A DNA stretch of 64,000 nucleotides from a bacterium (lineage in GTDB: Bacteria; Acidobacteriota; Blastocatellia; HR10), in assembly GCA_041640655.1 (NCBI GenBank), contig JBEPZV010000001.1, positions 1-64,000 of the forward strand. The letters run 5' to 3'. The notes under the pieces are model-generated. The model was not told the DNA's origin, searched no databases, and saw only the letters and a list, made by a program, of their open reading frames with translations. Both the position numbers and the translations under genes were made by a program. Positions 10,425 to 20,121 of the stretch are shown piece after piece (within the stretch, counting starts at the first letter, position 1; each line of letters starts with the position of its first letter).

Positions 10425-10474
10425 GCCTAACTATTGTTTATCTGGTTTCCGCCTAACACGCATTTACCACTAAC
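10425..10474 (-). other. attI site of integron A
   Basis: Minus strand GTTAG..GTTAGGCGGAAAC..GATAAACAATAGTTAGGC; near-identical to 14283-14332; R box complements the R'' of the CDF cassette attC. Confidence 0.8.
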
Positions 10475-10481
10475 TGTCGGC

Positions 10482-10510
10482 ATAATACCCATCGGCACCT
10501 TGATTGTCAA
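10482..10510 (-). promoter_or_regulatory. Pc cassette promoter A
   Basis: TTGACA-17 bp-TATTAT pointing into attI and the cassettes. Confidence 0.85.
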
Positions 10511-10596
10511 GTTCTCTGTTTTCATCATATTCCGTTCCTTCAAGAAAATCCTCGCCATGTTATACGGAAACCGTATAACACGCAAAGCGTCTTCGC

Positions 10597-11733
10597 TCAC
10601 AAGGCATCGACCGGACTTTTCACACCTCTCCCACCCCGGTTCAGCACATAGGTATAGACCATCGTCGTCCGCACGTCTTTGTGTCCAAGAAGCTCTTGCA
10701 CGGTGCGAATGTCATAGCCGGCCTCTATCAAGTGCGTGGCAAATGAATGCCTCAGCGTGTGGCACGTCGCTCGCTTGGTCAGCCCTGCCTTCTCAACTGC
10801 CTGCTTGAACGCCTTTTGTAAGATGGACTCATCAACGTGATGGCGCCCTTCGTCACCTGTCCTCAGGTTCCTCCATCTGTTCTCTTGCGGAAACACCCAC
10901 TGCCAACGCCACTCGCGAGAAGCGTTCGGGTACTTCCGGGCCAGCGCATCGGGCAGCGGGACTTGACCCCAACCATCGGCAAGGTCTTTCTCATGCACTG
11001 CTTTCACCTTGTGCAGATGTTCTTTGAGCGTTTTCTTCAGCGAGTCCGGTAATATCGTTACCCGGTCTTTGGCGCCTTTCCCGTCTCGGACAAGAATCTC
11101 GTTGCGAGCGACGTCAATATCCTGCACGCGCAACCGTAGACACTCTATCAAGCGCAAACCTGCACCGTACATCAGCGACGCCATCAGCCGCTTGTCGCCC
11201 TGAAGGTGGCCGAGCACTGCCTTGACTTCCTCGCGTGTCAGAACAACTGGCAACCGCTTCGGCCTACGGGCGCGAACTACATCGCCAAGCTCGCCAACCT
11301 CGCATCCAAGCACGTAGCGGTACAGGAACAGCAAAGCCGAGAATGCCTGATTTTGTGTCGAGCTGCTGACATGTTCTTTCAAGGCAAGATGAGACAGAAA
11401 TGCGTTGATCTCCGGCCCGCCCATCTCGGCCGGATGGCGCACCTTGTGGAAGAAGATGAATCGCTTGATCCACATTACATAGACATCTTCCGTTCGGCGG
11501 CTGTAATGCCGCGCTCGCAATGCCTGGCGCACCTGTTCGAGCCGCCGGGAGTTCGGCGCACGCACAGAGGAAGCCGGACCTTTGACAGACGTCGGCGTGC
11601 CCACCAGGCGTGATCTCGAAGTCCAAGCCCTCAACTCTGCGACCTTCGGCTCCAGCACGGGAACGCTCCCTCCCCGCCCTGCTTTCACTCTACAGGTCGC
11701 CGCCAGTATATCACCGACCGACCCGCACATCAA
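10597..11733 (-). CDS. intI: Integron integrase copy A (start uncertain)
   Basis: YGAGLR, GKGAKDR, IntI-specific patch [38 protein letters not shown]. Confidence 0.95.
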   Translation of the reverse strand: MMCGSVGDILAATCRVKAGRGGSVPVLEPKVAELRAWTSRSRLVGTPTSVKGPASSVRAPNSRRLEQVRQALRARHYSRRTEDVYVMWIKRFIFFHKVRHPAEMGGPEINAFLSHLALKEHVSSSTQNQAFSALLFLYRYVLGCEVGELGDVVRARRPKRLPVVLTREEVKAVLGHLQGDKRLMASLMYGAGLRLIECLRLRVQDIDVARNEILVRDGKGAKDRVTILPDSLKKTLKEHLHKVKAVHEKDLADGWGQVPLPDALARKYPNASREWRWQWVFPQENRWRNLRTGDEGRHHVDESILQKAFKQAVEKAGLTKRATCHTLRHSFATHLIEAGYDIRTVQELLGHKDVRTTMVYTYVLNRGGRGVKSPVDAL

Positions 11734-11907
11734 CCCCTTCTCACACCCCCGACGACGGCCATCGAATCCGCCCGAACGGCCCCGCCGATAATGGCGAGCA
11801 TGGGCCAGTGCTCGCGCCGCACTCGGCCATCGCCCCGATGAGGTCGAGGTCTTTTCTCTCCCACGCCGTCCACCACCGGTGGACGGCGGCCAGGGGCGTC
11901 TCGGCAT

Positions 11908-11979
11908 GGCGGATCAGCGGCGGGCGGAACCGCGAGCTGGCTCGCGGGAACGACCGTCCGCTGCATGCCGTTGTTAGCT
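11908..11979 (-). other. attC site, truncated (R' end replaced by duplicated DNA)
   Basis: Minus strand AGCTAAC...GCAGCGGACGG...CCGCCCGCCGCTGATCCGCC then an abrupt switch to sequence copied from 16271-16353. Confidence 0.75.
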
Positions 11980-11995
11980 GGCCTTACACCCTCTG

Positions 11996-12484
11996 CTACT
12001 GGCCGCTCTTGGCCACGACGATGTCAGCCTTGGTCGAGCCAACGATCGCAAGGAGCTCCTCGGCCTCCTTCGCAGGCACTTTGTGCTTCGCGAGAATCTC
12101 CTTGAAGATCGTGACCATTCGGTCCCATTCACGCTCTGTGATGTTGAGGTGCGCATGTGCTTCCTTCATCGTACGGCCATGGTACTGGCACGGACCACCC
12201 GTCGCTTGACAGACAAGTGCGGTCACGTGGTACTTGAGGTACGGTGCCGGCACGCGCTTCCTCGCCGCATCGATTGCAGGATTCGCATTGAGGACGGCAT
12301 CCGGCACGAGGGCATCGATGAAGTCGCTCACGATGACCGAAATCGGCGCGAGCCCGCCCAGCCGGTCGTATAGAGACACCTGCTTCTTCTCTGCCACGCC
12401 CTGGGCGAAAACTGTGTGGAAACCCGACGCCATCAGAGCGACGACCGCAAATGCGGCCCAGACTTTCAAAACGCGTGTTGTCAT
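11996..12484 (-). CDS. Group 1 truncated hemoglobin with signal peptide, cassette gene
   Basis: SLYDRLGG, GGPCQYHGRTMKEAHAHLNIT motifs. Confidence 0.9.
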   Translation of the reverse strand: MTTRVLKVWAAFAVVALMASGFHTVFAQGVAEKKQVSLYDRLGGLAPISVIVSDFIDALVPDAVLNANPAIDAARKRVPAPYLKYHVTALVCQATGGPCQYHGRTMKEAHAHLNITEREWDRMVTIFKEILAKHKVPAKEAEELLAIVGSTKADIVVAKSGQ

Positions 12485-12559
12485 GACGGAACTCCTTCCG
12501 TTAGTGGAGAGGGCGTCGCCTCCCCATTGTTTCGTGGTTGCGCAGCCCCGACGCGGGCC

Positions 12560-12624
12560 AGCTAACGACCGGCGTTCAGCGGCGGCGCCGCCTTTGCGCC
12601 GTCCGCTGCAACGCCTCGTTAGAC
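12560..12624 (-). other. attC site
   Basis: Minus strand GTCTAAC...GTTAGCT with GGCGTTGCAGCGG/CCGCTGAACGCC arms. Confidence 0.9.
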
Positions 12625-13062
12625 GGCGGCCTCCCATTCCCTACTGAGCCTTCGCAGCCAGATCCAGTGTCCGGCGAAAAGAGCGATGCATACCGCAATC
12701 AGCAGGCCGTCCACTGTGACCGATCGGTGTGCCTGGAGCCGCACGGACTGAATCTTGTCAGACTTGGCGGCCTCGTACATGGCCCGCAAGGTCTGATCGT
12801 CCGGTACATAGGTTGCCTTCGATGCCTGCTCACCCCCCGGTTGCGGCGATTTCAGGATGTCCATTTTATAGTTCTCGAAGGACGCCAGACTCGGCTCACG
12901 CTGTCCAAAGCTCCCCGTACGCGCGTGCAGGGGGTCGCTCAGATCGAAAAGGGCGCCCACCAGCGATGCCAGCGAGATCAGAAAAACAACAATGGAGACC
13001 AGGCAGACGGAGTACCCGTACCATAGGGCAGCTCTCGGTCGCTTCTTTTTTTCCTCAGCCAT
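12619..13062 (-). CDS. Hypothetical two-TM membrane protein, cassette gene
   Basis: AGGAGG RBS; stop codon lies inside the attC R'' box. Confidence 0.75.
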   Translation of the reverse strand: MAEEKKKRPRAALWYGYSVCLVSIVVFLISLASLVGALFDLSDPLHARTGSFGQREPSLASFENYKMDILKSPQPGGEQASKATYVPDDQTLRAMYEAAKSDKIQSVRLQAHRSVTVDGLLIAVCIALFAGHWIWLRRLSREWEAAV

Positions 13063-13091
13063 GGATTCTCCTCCTTCTGTGCCGCTATACC

Positions 13092-13203
13092 GTCTAACGG
13101 GGCGGCAGATGAGCCGTGACCCGCAGGGTCATCGGTTCCATCCGCTGGTTCAGCCGCCGCAGGCGGCTGCAACCAGCACGGCTCATCCGCCGCCCCGTTC
13201 ACC
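13092..13203 (-). other. attC site (long, nested hairpins) of a gene-less cassette
   Basis: Minus strand GGTGAAC...GTTAGAC with GGGGCGGCGGATGAGCCGTG arms. Confidence 0.7.
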
Positions 13204-13219
13204 CGACCGCCAGCGGTCG

Positions 13220-13283
13220 GGTGAACACTCCGGTTCAGCGGCGGGCCGCACAGCGGATCGTCCGCTACAACCGGTTGTTAGAC
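13220..13283 (-). other. attC site
   Basis: Minus strand GTCTAAC...GTTCACC with CCGGTTGTAGCGG/CCGCTGAACCGG arms. Confidence 0.85.
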
Positions 13284-13303
13284 GGCGCCGTCAACGGGCA
13301 GAA

Positions 13304-13576
13304 CTATTCCGCCGTTGTAGGGTCGATCACGGTCTTGATCTCAGAGACGCGATTGACCGGAAAGCCGCCTTTCTGCGCGTGCTCTCTGATCAATGCTTCG
13401 TTCGGCGCAATATACACACAGTAGATCTTGTCATCCGTAACGTAGCTATGCAGCCACTGGATCTGTGGCCCCATCCCGCGCAGAACATCACATGACTTCT
13501 GCGAGATGCTGTGCAGCTCCTGCGCCGAAAGCTTGCCCGCTCCGGGAAGCTCACGTTCGATCACGTACTTGGGCAT
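13304..13576 (-). CDS. DUF4242-family protein, cassette gene
   Basis: MPKYVIERE...WLHSYVTDDKIYCVYIAP...HA..GGFP; AAGGAG RBS. Confidence 0.88.
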   Translation of the reverse strand: MPKYVIERELPGAGKLSAQELHSISQKSCDVLRGMGPQIQWLHSYVTDDKIYCVYIAPNEALIREHAQKGGFPVNRVSEIKTVIDPTTAE

Positions 13577-13634
13577 CGTTGATCTCCTTTCATTAGGGTT
13601 TGGCTTGACTCCGTTCTCATGACCTCGCTTGGCC

Positions 13635-13698
13635 GTCTAACGGCCTGCCGCTCAGCCGCACCGCCGAAGGCGGTGTCGGCTGGAGCGGCGGGTTAGCC
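13635..13698 (-). other. attC site
   Basis: Minus strand GGCTAAC...GTTAGAC palindrome. Confidence 0.9.
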
Positions 13699-14250
13699 CG
13701 CCGATTTGTTTAGCTTTCCACCTTTGGCACGATCATATTCCCAAATTGCGAGATCAACTTCTTGCACAGCCCATCCTAACTCAGACGCAAGACGTTTTAT
13801 CTCACGAAGGTATCGCTTGTAATCAGAAATTGAGAATGTTGTTCTCTCTTCGTTGAATATCTGTCTCCATCCACGAAAATCAATCACAGCGTATCTTTCA
13901 GGGAACACCAGCGCAAGAATCGCAGATGCTACAGGCACACCTACACCACGAAGACAACACAAAATACCAAGTCGCAACTCTATCTCATAGTCTTCGTCAG
14001 GATGAGTTATAGAAAATGCTACACCTGTAACCGTTCGGATAATGTTTTCTGTGTTTGCTTTCCGCCTTTCTTCCTGTCTTCCATATTGACCGCCCAGTTT
14101 CCAACGCAGAATTTCATCGAATTCTTCAAGAGCCAAGTATAGTGGATAACGTTCACTTCGCAAGCGTGCAAATTTGGCCTTGAGATGCTCAGTAAGGTCA
14201 TGATCGTCGCTCGATGTCCTGTATGGAACGAGTTGAGCTGCTTCTATCAT
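13693..14250 (-). CDS. Hypothetical protein with helix-hairpin-helix (DNA glycosylase-like) motif, first cassette of integron B
   Basis: LRGVGVPVASAIL...YAVID; visibly AT-richer than its flanks. Confidence 0.7.
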   Translation of the reverse strand: MIEAAQLVPYRTSSDDHDLTEHLKAKFARLRSERYPLYLALEEFDEILRWKLGGQYGRQEERRKANTENIIRTVTGVAFSITHPDEDYEIELRLGILCCLRGVGVPVASAILALVFPERYAVIDFRGWRQIFNEERTTFSISDYKRYLREIKRLASELGWAVQEVDLAIWEYDRAKGGKLNKSAG

Positions 14251-14282
14251 CTTCGCTGCGTTCCAGATTATGGGGATAGGCG

Positions 14283-14332
14283 GGCTAACTATTGTTTATA
14301 TAGTTTCCGCCTAACACGCGTTTACTACTAAC
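14283..14332 (-). other. attI site of integron B
   Basis: Minus strand GTTAG..GTTAGGCGGAAAC..TATAAACAATAGTTAGCC; R box complements GGCTAAC of the next attC. Confidence 0.8.
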
Positions 14333-14339
14333 TGTCGGT

Positions 14340-14368
14340 ATAATACGCATCGACGGGTGAATTGTCAA
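14340..14368 (-). promoter_or_regulatory. Pc cassette promoter B
   Basis: TTGACA-17 bp-TATTAT; boxes conserved with promoter A while the spacer differs. Confidence 0.85.
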
Positions 14369-14446
14369 GTTCTTTGTTTTCATTCTCTTTCGGCTCTCTT
14401 GAAACGTCTTTGTCGTGTTATACGGTTTCCGTCTAACATGCACAGC

Positions 14447-15583
14447 TCACGAAGAATCAATTGGGCTTTTTACGCCGCGACCACCTCGGTTTAACACGTG
14501 CGTATAGATCATCGTAGTTCGTACATCACTGTGTCCTAAAAGCTCTTGAACCGTACGAATGTCGTACCCATCTTCCAGCAAGTGCGTTGCAAATGAATGC
14601 CGCAGCGTATGACACGTTGCTCGCTTGGTTAATCCCGCTTTGGTGACCGCTTGTTTGAACGCCTTTTGCACGATGGACTCATCAACGTGGTGCCGCCCTT
14701 GCTCAACAGTTTTGGGATTCGCCCACCGATGCTCTTGCGGAAACACCCACTGCCAACGCCACTCGCGAGAAGCGTTCGGGTACTTCCGGGCCAGCGCATC
14801 GGGCAGCGGGACTTGACCCCAACCATCGGCAAGGTCTTTCTCATGCACTGCTTTCACCTTGTGCAGATGTTCTTTGAGCGTTTTCTTCAGCGAGTCCGGT
14901 AATATCGTTACCCGGTCTTTGGCGCCTTTCCCGTCTCGGACAAGAATCTCGTTGCGAGCGACGTCAATATCCTGCACGCGCAACCGTAGACACTCTATCA
15001 AGCGCAAACCTGCACCGTACATCAGCGACGCCATCAGCCGCTTGTCGCCCTGAAGGTGGCCGAGCACTGCCTTGACTTCCTCGCGTGTCAGAACAACTGG
15101 CAACCGCTTCGGCCTACGGGCGCGAACTACATCGCCAAGCTCGCCAACCTCGCATCCAAGCACGTAGCGGTACAGGAACAGCAAAGCCGAGAATGCCTGA
15201 TTTTGTGTCGAGCTGCTGACATGTTCTTTCAAGGCAAGATGAGACAGAAATGCGTTGATCTCCGGCCCGCCCATCTCGGCCGGATGGCGCACCTTGTGGA
15301 AGAAGATGAATCGCTTGATCCACATTACATAGACATCTTCCGTTCGGCGGCTGTAATGCCGCGCTCGCAATGCCTGGCGCACCTGTTCGAGCCGCCGGGA
15401 GTTCGGCGCACGCACAGAGGAAGCCGGACCTTTGACAGACGTCGGCGTGCCCACCAGGCGTGATCTCGAAGTCCAAGCCCTCAACTCTGCGACCTTCGGC
15501 TCCAGCACGGGAACGCTCCCTCCCCGCCCTGCTTTCACTCTACAGGTCGCCGCCAGTATATCACCGACCGACCCGCACATCAA
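14447..15583 (-). CDS. intI: Integron integrase copy B (start uncertain)
   Basis: Same motifs as copy A; ends [10 protein letters not shown]...LLGH...YTHVLN. Confidence 0.95.
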   Translation of the reverse strand: MMCGSVGDILAATCRVKAGRGGSVPVLEPKVAELRAWTSRSRLVGTPTSVKGPASSVRAPNSRRLEQVRQALRARHYSRRTEDVYVMWIKRFIFFHKVRHPAEMGGPEINAFLSHLALKEHVSSSTQNQAFSALLFLYRYVLGCEVGELGDVVRARRPKRLPVVLTREEVKAVLGHLQGDKRLMASLMYGAGLRLIECLRLRVQDIDVARNEILVRDGKGAKDRVTILPDSLKKTLKEHLHKVKAVHEKDLADGWGQVPLPDALARKYPNASREWRWQWVFPQEHRWANPKTVEQGRHHVDESIVQKAFKQAVTKAGLTKRATCHTLRHSFATHLLEDGYDIRTVQELLGHSDVRTTMIYTHVLNRGGRGVKSPIDSS

Positions 15584-15719
15584 CCCCTTCTCACACCCCC
15601 GACGACGGCCATCGAATCCGCCCGAACGGCCCCGCCGATAATGGCGAGCAGGGGCCAGTGCTCGCGCCGCACTCGGCCATCGCCCTGCGCCCGCCCGATG
15701 AGAGATGAATCCGACGAGA

Positions 15720-15861
15720 AGCGGGGGTCATCTCCACCGCAGAGCAGATAGCAAGATAGATTGCCCCCCAAATGAAATAGATCGCGGCAAAGGCCGCCAC
15801 GACTTTCGAGCGCGGCGTTCGTTCTGACCTTCTTCCGAAACGCATGTGTGCGCTTTCTCAT
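15720..15861 (-). pseudogene. EamA/DMT transporter N-terminal fragment
   Basis: KVVAAFAAIYFIWGAIYLAI resembles EamA TM1; homology stops afterwards. Confidence 0.6.
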
Positions 15862-15907
15862 TCCTGCCGATGAAACGCGGCAACCTCATCGGCTCATCCC
15901 GCTGTAG

Positions 15908-16483
15908 CTACCTTTTACGCCTCATGTCCCTTGAGACTCGCGGCGTGAGCCGCTTGTGTCCTTCAATCGTCCACTCCGTGCGGCGGAGCGGCGTGCTGTG
16001 ATGAGAGAGGTAGCGCCACATGCCCTTTCTCCGGACGAGTACGTCAGTCGCTATCCCTTGCAGGGATAGCGCTCGTCCCTCGAGCGTCGCCTGCTCGGTC
16101 CACCGATATGCCACGACGGCCACGTTGCCTTCCTGCCGGATGACGGGTTCGCTGACCTCCCAGCGCCGGATCGTCGCCCGCGCGAAAGCCCGCCGGGCGA
16201 CTTCCAGGAGGGTGGCGCGGCCGAGTCGGGGGCCATCGGAATTCCCGGTGAACTCGATATAGTCCTCCAGGGCCATCGCCCCGATGAGGTCGAGGTCTTT
16301 TCTCTCCCAGGCCGTCCACCATCGGTGGACGGCGGCCAGGGGCGTCTCGGCATCCGGCGAGCGTGTCTTGAACATGAGCCGTCCTCCAGGACTCACGGCG
16401 ATGAGGGACAGGACGGCCCAAACCCCAAGCCGTCTGAAGAGCACATGGGAACTACCGTTCGGCATCGGTCGTTCTCCCGGCAC
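15908..16483 (-). CDS. NTF2-like/DUF4440 (SnoaL-like) protein
   Basis: WERKDLD...ATDVLVRRKGMWRYLSHHST pattern. Confidence 0.75.
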   Translation of the reverse strand: MPGERPMPNGSSHVLFRRLGVWAVLSLIAVSPGGRLMFKTRSPDAETPLAAVHRWWTAWERKDLDLIGAMALEDYIEFTGNSDGPRLGRATLLEVARRAFARATIRRWEVSEPVIRQEGNVAVVAYRWTEQATLEGRALSLQGIATDVLVRRKGMWRYLSHHSTPLRRTEWTIEGHKRLTPRVSRDMRRKR

Positions 16484-16608
16484 GACTCCCTCTCACGAAG
16501 GTGATTTTCCCAACGGGTGAAGGGCTCCGATCAATGAGCCATCAGGTGGCCCCATTCATCGGCCGGAGCGGATGTCAATTCACGGGCAATTTCCCCGGCG
16601 CGACGTCT

Positions 16609-17097
16609 TCACGCGGCGGGAAAATCGCCCGACGGGCCGTAGATCGCCGGCACGCGCCCGCCCATCGGACGGATGTAGACGCTCAGTTGACCGCGATGGT
16701 GAATCAGGTCGAACAGATACCCCCAGGCCATCTCGCGAAAAGGCGCTTCCCAAACCGGCTCGCCTTGAGCCAGCAGCCGGCCCGTCCATCCATCCCAGCG
16801 ACCATCATCCGCCTTCGCAAGCTCCTGCGCAACAGCCTGAGCCGCGCGGTCGTATGCGGAGAGAATCTCATGGAGAGAAGCCGGAGGCGCTCGTAACTCC
16901 CAGTGAGCTTCTCCCGCGCCGAGAAACTTCGCCAGCAGCGACGTCACATCGGCGATCGTCCAGGCCAGCTCGCGAGCCGAGCGCGACCTCTGGTGAGGCC
17001 GAAAGTCCAAGTGATCTTCGGGCAGCGCCTCCAGCACCCGTCGAAACCGAGGCGCTTCATCTTGCCAGAAACGGACGAAAAGTTCGCGATCGTTCAT
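16609..17097 (-). CDS. DinB family protein
   Basis: DFRPH..SRSARELAW; IHHRGQLSVYIR; VPAIYGPS. Confidence 0.88.
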   Translation of the reverse strand: MNDRELFVRFWQDEAPRFRRVLEALPEDHLDFRPHQRSRSARELAWTIADVTSLLAKFLGAGEAHWELRAPPASLHEILSAYDRAAQAVAQELAKADDGRWDGWTGRLLAQGEPVWEAPFREMAWGYLFDLIHHRGQLSVYIRPMGGRVPAIYGPSGDFPAA

Positions 17098-17317
17098 TGT
17101 TCCCCTCCCGGTCGAGCTTCTTCATTGAGCCGAAGATGTACGAACGAGCTTCGGCGCAAGTTCCAAGATCTCAGAAAACCCATCCTTCTTCTCGTCATAT
17201 CCGTCGCGCCAGTGGATCATCCTCACGACGACCAGATGCTCCTCGGGCAAAATGATGAGATATGGTCCGAGATAGCCCTCCGAGTAACGATCGGCTTTCC
17301 CGGCTCCTCCCTCTTAA

Positions 17318-17881
17318 TCAGAGGTCCACCAAGGTTTGCAAATCGGACCATCCATACCCCACAGCCGGGAGGGAGACTCCTCCGATTTCGACCTCTCGTT
17401 CCCGCACGCGTTGTCCCCCAAGCACTTCGTAGAACCGCCGGTACGGGTTCGCAGAGAGCACCCAAATCAGGAGTGTCTCTACTCCGGCTTGACGAAGTCT
17501 TCGGACGGATGCTCCGATCAGCTTCCGCCCGAGTCCTTGCCGTTGATAGGCGGGCAATATGTAGATGGCGTAGATTTCACCTTTATAAACCTCGTCTCCG
17601 GTTCGCTCCGGCCCCCCGAAGGCGAAACCCACGATCTCCCCTCTCCTCTCCGCTACCAGGAAAAAGCGTCCGAAATCGGCATTCGTTTCGAGAATCTCCC
17701 GTATGCGCTGAGCCCGCTCGTCGTAGGCGAGGCCGGCCAGATATTCGGCCGGCATAATCCCCGCATAGACGCTTCTCCATGTATCTACCCACACCCGTGC
17801 AATAGGAAGGGCGTCCTCAACGGTCGCTTCTCGAATGACCGGCGTGTTGCTCGATCGCTGAGACAGGCCTGGATCGTTCAT
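17318..17881 (-). CDS. GNAT N-acetyltransferase
   Basis: IREAT, QRQGLGRKL, N..RRFYE motifs. Confidence 0.88.
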   Translation of the reverse strand: MNDPGLSQRSSNTPVIREATVEDALPIARVWVDTWRSVYAGIMPAEYLAGLAYDERAQRIREILETNADFGRFFLVAERRGEIVGFAFGGPERTGDEVYKGEIYAIYILPAYQRQGLGRKLIGASVRRLRQAGVETLLIWVLSANPYRRFYEVLGGQRVREREVEIGGVSLPAVGYGWSDLQTLVDL

Positions 17882-17966
17882 GGAACCTCCCACCCCCTCC
17901 GCAGTTTCTTCTCGTTGCTCCGAGTGAACCGCCAGTTCCCGACTTTTTTGAAGAGACGATCGCGAA

Positions 17967-18983
17967 TCATTGCGTCGCCGAACTTCTTCTGTGAAAGCAG
18001 CCATCCAGCGAAAACTTCTCCTCGAAATATCGTTTGCGCCATGTCGGATCGATGCGATCACACACAAGCCCCTCCGCTGCTCCCAGGACATAGAAGGCAA
18101 CGCGCTTGGCTTGATCGAGTTGTACGGACAAGAGTTCCTTTTCGAAGTCGTTCTTGATGGCGCGTGCCTCCCACTCAAACGGAACGTAATCTCCGAGCCG
18201 TCGGAACGCGCGACTCGGCTGATACTGGGCAGCGGCGAGTTCCACCATGCGGTATTCCGTCCAGCGTGCGATACCCTCCTGCCACGCCTGGAACGAAAAG
18301 TACGTGTAGTCGTCGGGGTCAAGCAGAGAACAGAATCTCTCTTTAGCCTCAAGGTAAGCTCGTAGCGCTTGGGCAAAATCCCGTTGGGTCTGAGCCGACA
18401 GTGCCTGTTCGATCAACCGACACAACACGGAGAATCCTCTCGTCACATCCGCTCTCACGTACGGGAAGGAATAGTTGAGCATCCAGTTCCCCGTCTGGTC
18501 TCCCTTGGCGAGACCCAACGCGTTCACCTCGGTGTAATACTCGGGTTGGGAATACTGGAGCTGATGGAAGTGCTCATGTAACAGCGTGATGACCCAGCGT
18601 GTGGAGGTTCTCGCTGAGGTGTTCTCCGCTCGACCGACCACGATGGTCGGAATCCCATTTATGGGGAAAGTGGCTAATAGATTCAGGTCGTATTTCCTCT
18701 TGCGAACCCAAATTTTGGATCTCAAAACGGAATCTTCCCTAATGAGGGTGAAATCGTTTGGAGGCTTTGGGTGCCGAATGAGGAACTCATGCTCGGCTGT
18801 GATCAACAAAATGGCGAAAGGAGTTCTGCTCCAGCCGGGCCAAAGTTCATCCCCGAGGGCGTCAGCCAGTCGAAACGCCTCGGCGATCCGTATGCGGTCA
18901 GCCTGGGGCAGCGTCGGCCGAGCCCGCTCCTGGACCGCGGGAAGGGTCAACATGAGCCACGTGAAGAGAGCCACCAACGGCAT
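17967..18983 (-). CDS. Secreted hypothetical protein with HEXXH motif (possible metallopeptidase)
   Basis: Signal peptide; LLHEHFHQ; QEGIARWTE. Confidence 0.65.
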   Translation of the reverse strand: MPLVALFTWLMLTLPAVQERARPTLPQADRIRIAEAFRLADALGDELWPGWSRTPFAILLITAEHEFLIRHPKPPNDFTLIREDSVLRSKIWVRKRKYDLNLLATFPINGIPTIVVGRAENTSARTSTRWVITLLHEHFHQLQYSQPEYYTEVNALGLAKGDQTGNWMLNYSFPYVRADVTRGFSVLCRLIEQALSAQTQRDFAQALRAYLEAKERFCSLLDPDDYTYFSFQAWQEGIARWTEYRMVELAAAQYQPSRAFRRLGDYVPFEWEARAIKNDFEKELLSVQLDQAKRVAFYVLGAAEGLVCDRIDPTWRKRYFEEKFSLDGCFHRRSSATQ

Positions 18984-19095
18984 TTCTCGCCTCCTTCAGT
19001 CTGGCGAACGCCTTTTGCCCCCTCAGAGGGGGATGAGACAGGATCATTACGCTCACCGCAACGCCGGCTTGTGTCATGGCAGTCCGCGGTATCCC

Positions 19096-20121
19096 TCAAG
19101 ACATCGGGCCATTAACGACACGCCAGAACTCTTCGGATCGAAGTGCTTCCCAAAAGCCGGCACTCCATTGCCAGGACTTCTCCGAGCGGCCGCCGCAAAA
19201 CTCGGAGGTTTGAAAGAAGTGGTTTGCTCCAGGGACCTTCCGGATCACCCATACGGGGCTTTTGGACCGGCTCAAATAGGTCTCCAGCAAGCGGGCATTC
19301 TTGTCCGCATAGACCAGCGGATCGTTCTGGGCGAAGAGGGCCAGCATAGGCTTCGAGATCTTCGCGAGATCGCAACTCGGATCGTAATGGATGATTCGGC
19401 TCACGTATCCGATATGGATGATCCGAGAGATCCCCTGGTAGAGAGTGAGAAGAACCTGCATGACTGATCTTTTGAAGGCGACGAGTTCAGGAGAGTTCCC
19501 AGAGCACCGCCACCGCGCCTCCAGATCATCCAAGATCTGCTCCTTGACCGAGACAGCAGGACCCGCCAGCGTGATCACAAAAGCAACCCGATTAGGCACA
19601 CGCGCGGCCACCAGTTGAGCGATGTACCCACCTTGGCTATGGCCGATCAGCCCAATTTGCGACCCATCTATATCCGCTCGTGACCTGAGGTATTCAATGG
19701 CCGCCATCGCTTCATCGGCTCGATCCTCGAACGAGCGAGTTCGCCAATTGCCCGTTGACCGACCCACCCCTGCTTTGTCGAAGGCAAGTACGGCATAATT
19801 TCTCCCCAAGAAGAACTGGGCGAGATCACGCCAAAACGGAAATGCATCGGTCAACCACTCTCGGATACTCGTGGGACCACTGCCGTGGAGCATGACAATC
19901 GCCGGATGAGGTCCTGGGGTATTCGGCAACATGAGGATGCCAGACAGTGTCTCGCCACCACTCATGAAGGAGACCTCTTCCGCCGTCGTCCTGAGTATGA
20001 GCCTCTCGGTATCCCGTATTGCCATGTCTCTACGACCGTGGGGGAACTCCTGTGCGAAGAGAAGAGGCAAAAGGATGAAGGGGATCCACAGGCCTCTGAG
20101 CAATCTACTTGTATCCTTCAT
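19096..20121 (-). CDS. Alpha/beta hydrolase
   Basis: HGSGP, GHSQGG nucleophile elbow, D and H (GANH). Confidence 0.88.
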   Translation of the reverse strand: MKDTSRLLRGLWIPFILLPLLFAQEFPHGRRDMAIRDTERLILRTTAEEVSFMSGGETLSGILMLPNTPGPHPAIVMLHGSGPTSIREWLTDAFPFWRDLAQFFLGRNYAVLAFDKAGVGRSTGNWRTRSFEDRADEAMAAIEYLRSRADIDGSQIGLIGHSQGGYIAQLVAARVPNRVAFVITLAGPAVSVKEQILDDLEARWRCSGNSPELVAFKRSVMQVLLTLYQGISRIIHIGYVSRIIHYDPSCDLAKISKPMLALFAQNDPLVYADKNARLLETYLSRSKSPVWVIRKVPGANHFFQTSEFCGGRSEKSWQWSAGFWEALRSEEFWRVVNGPMS

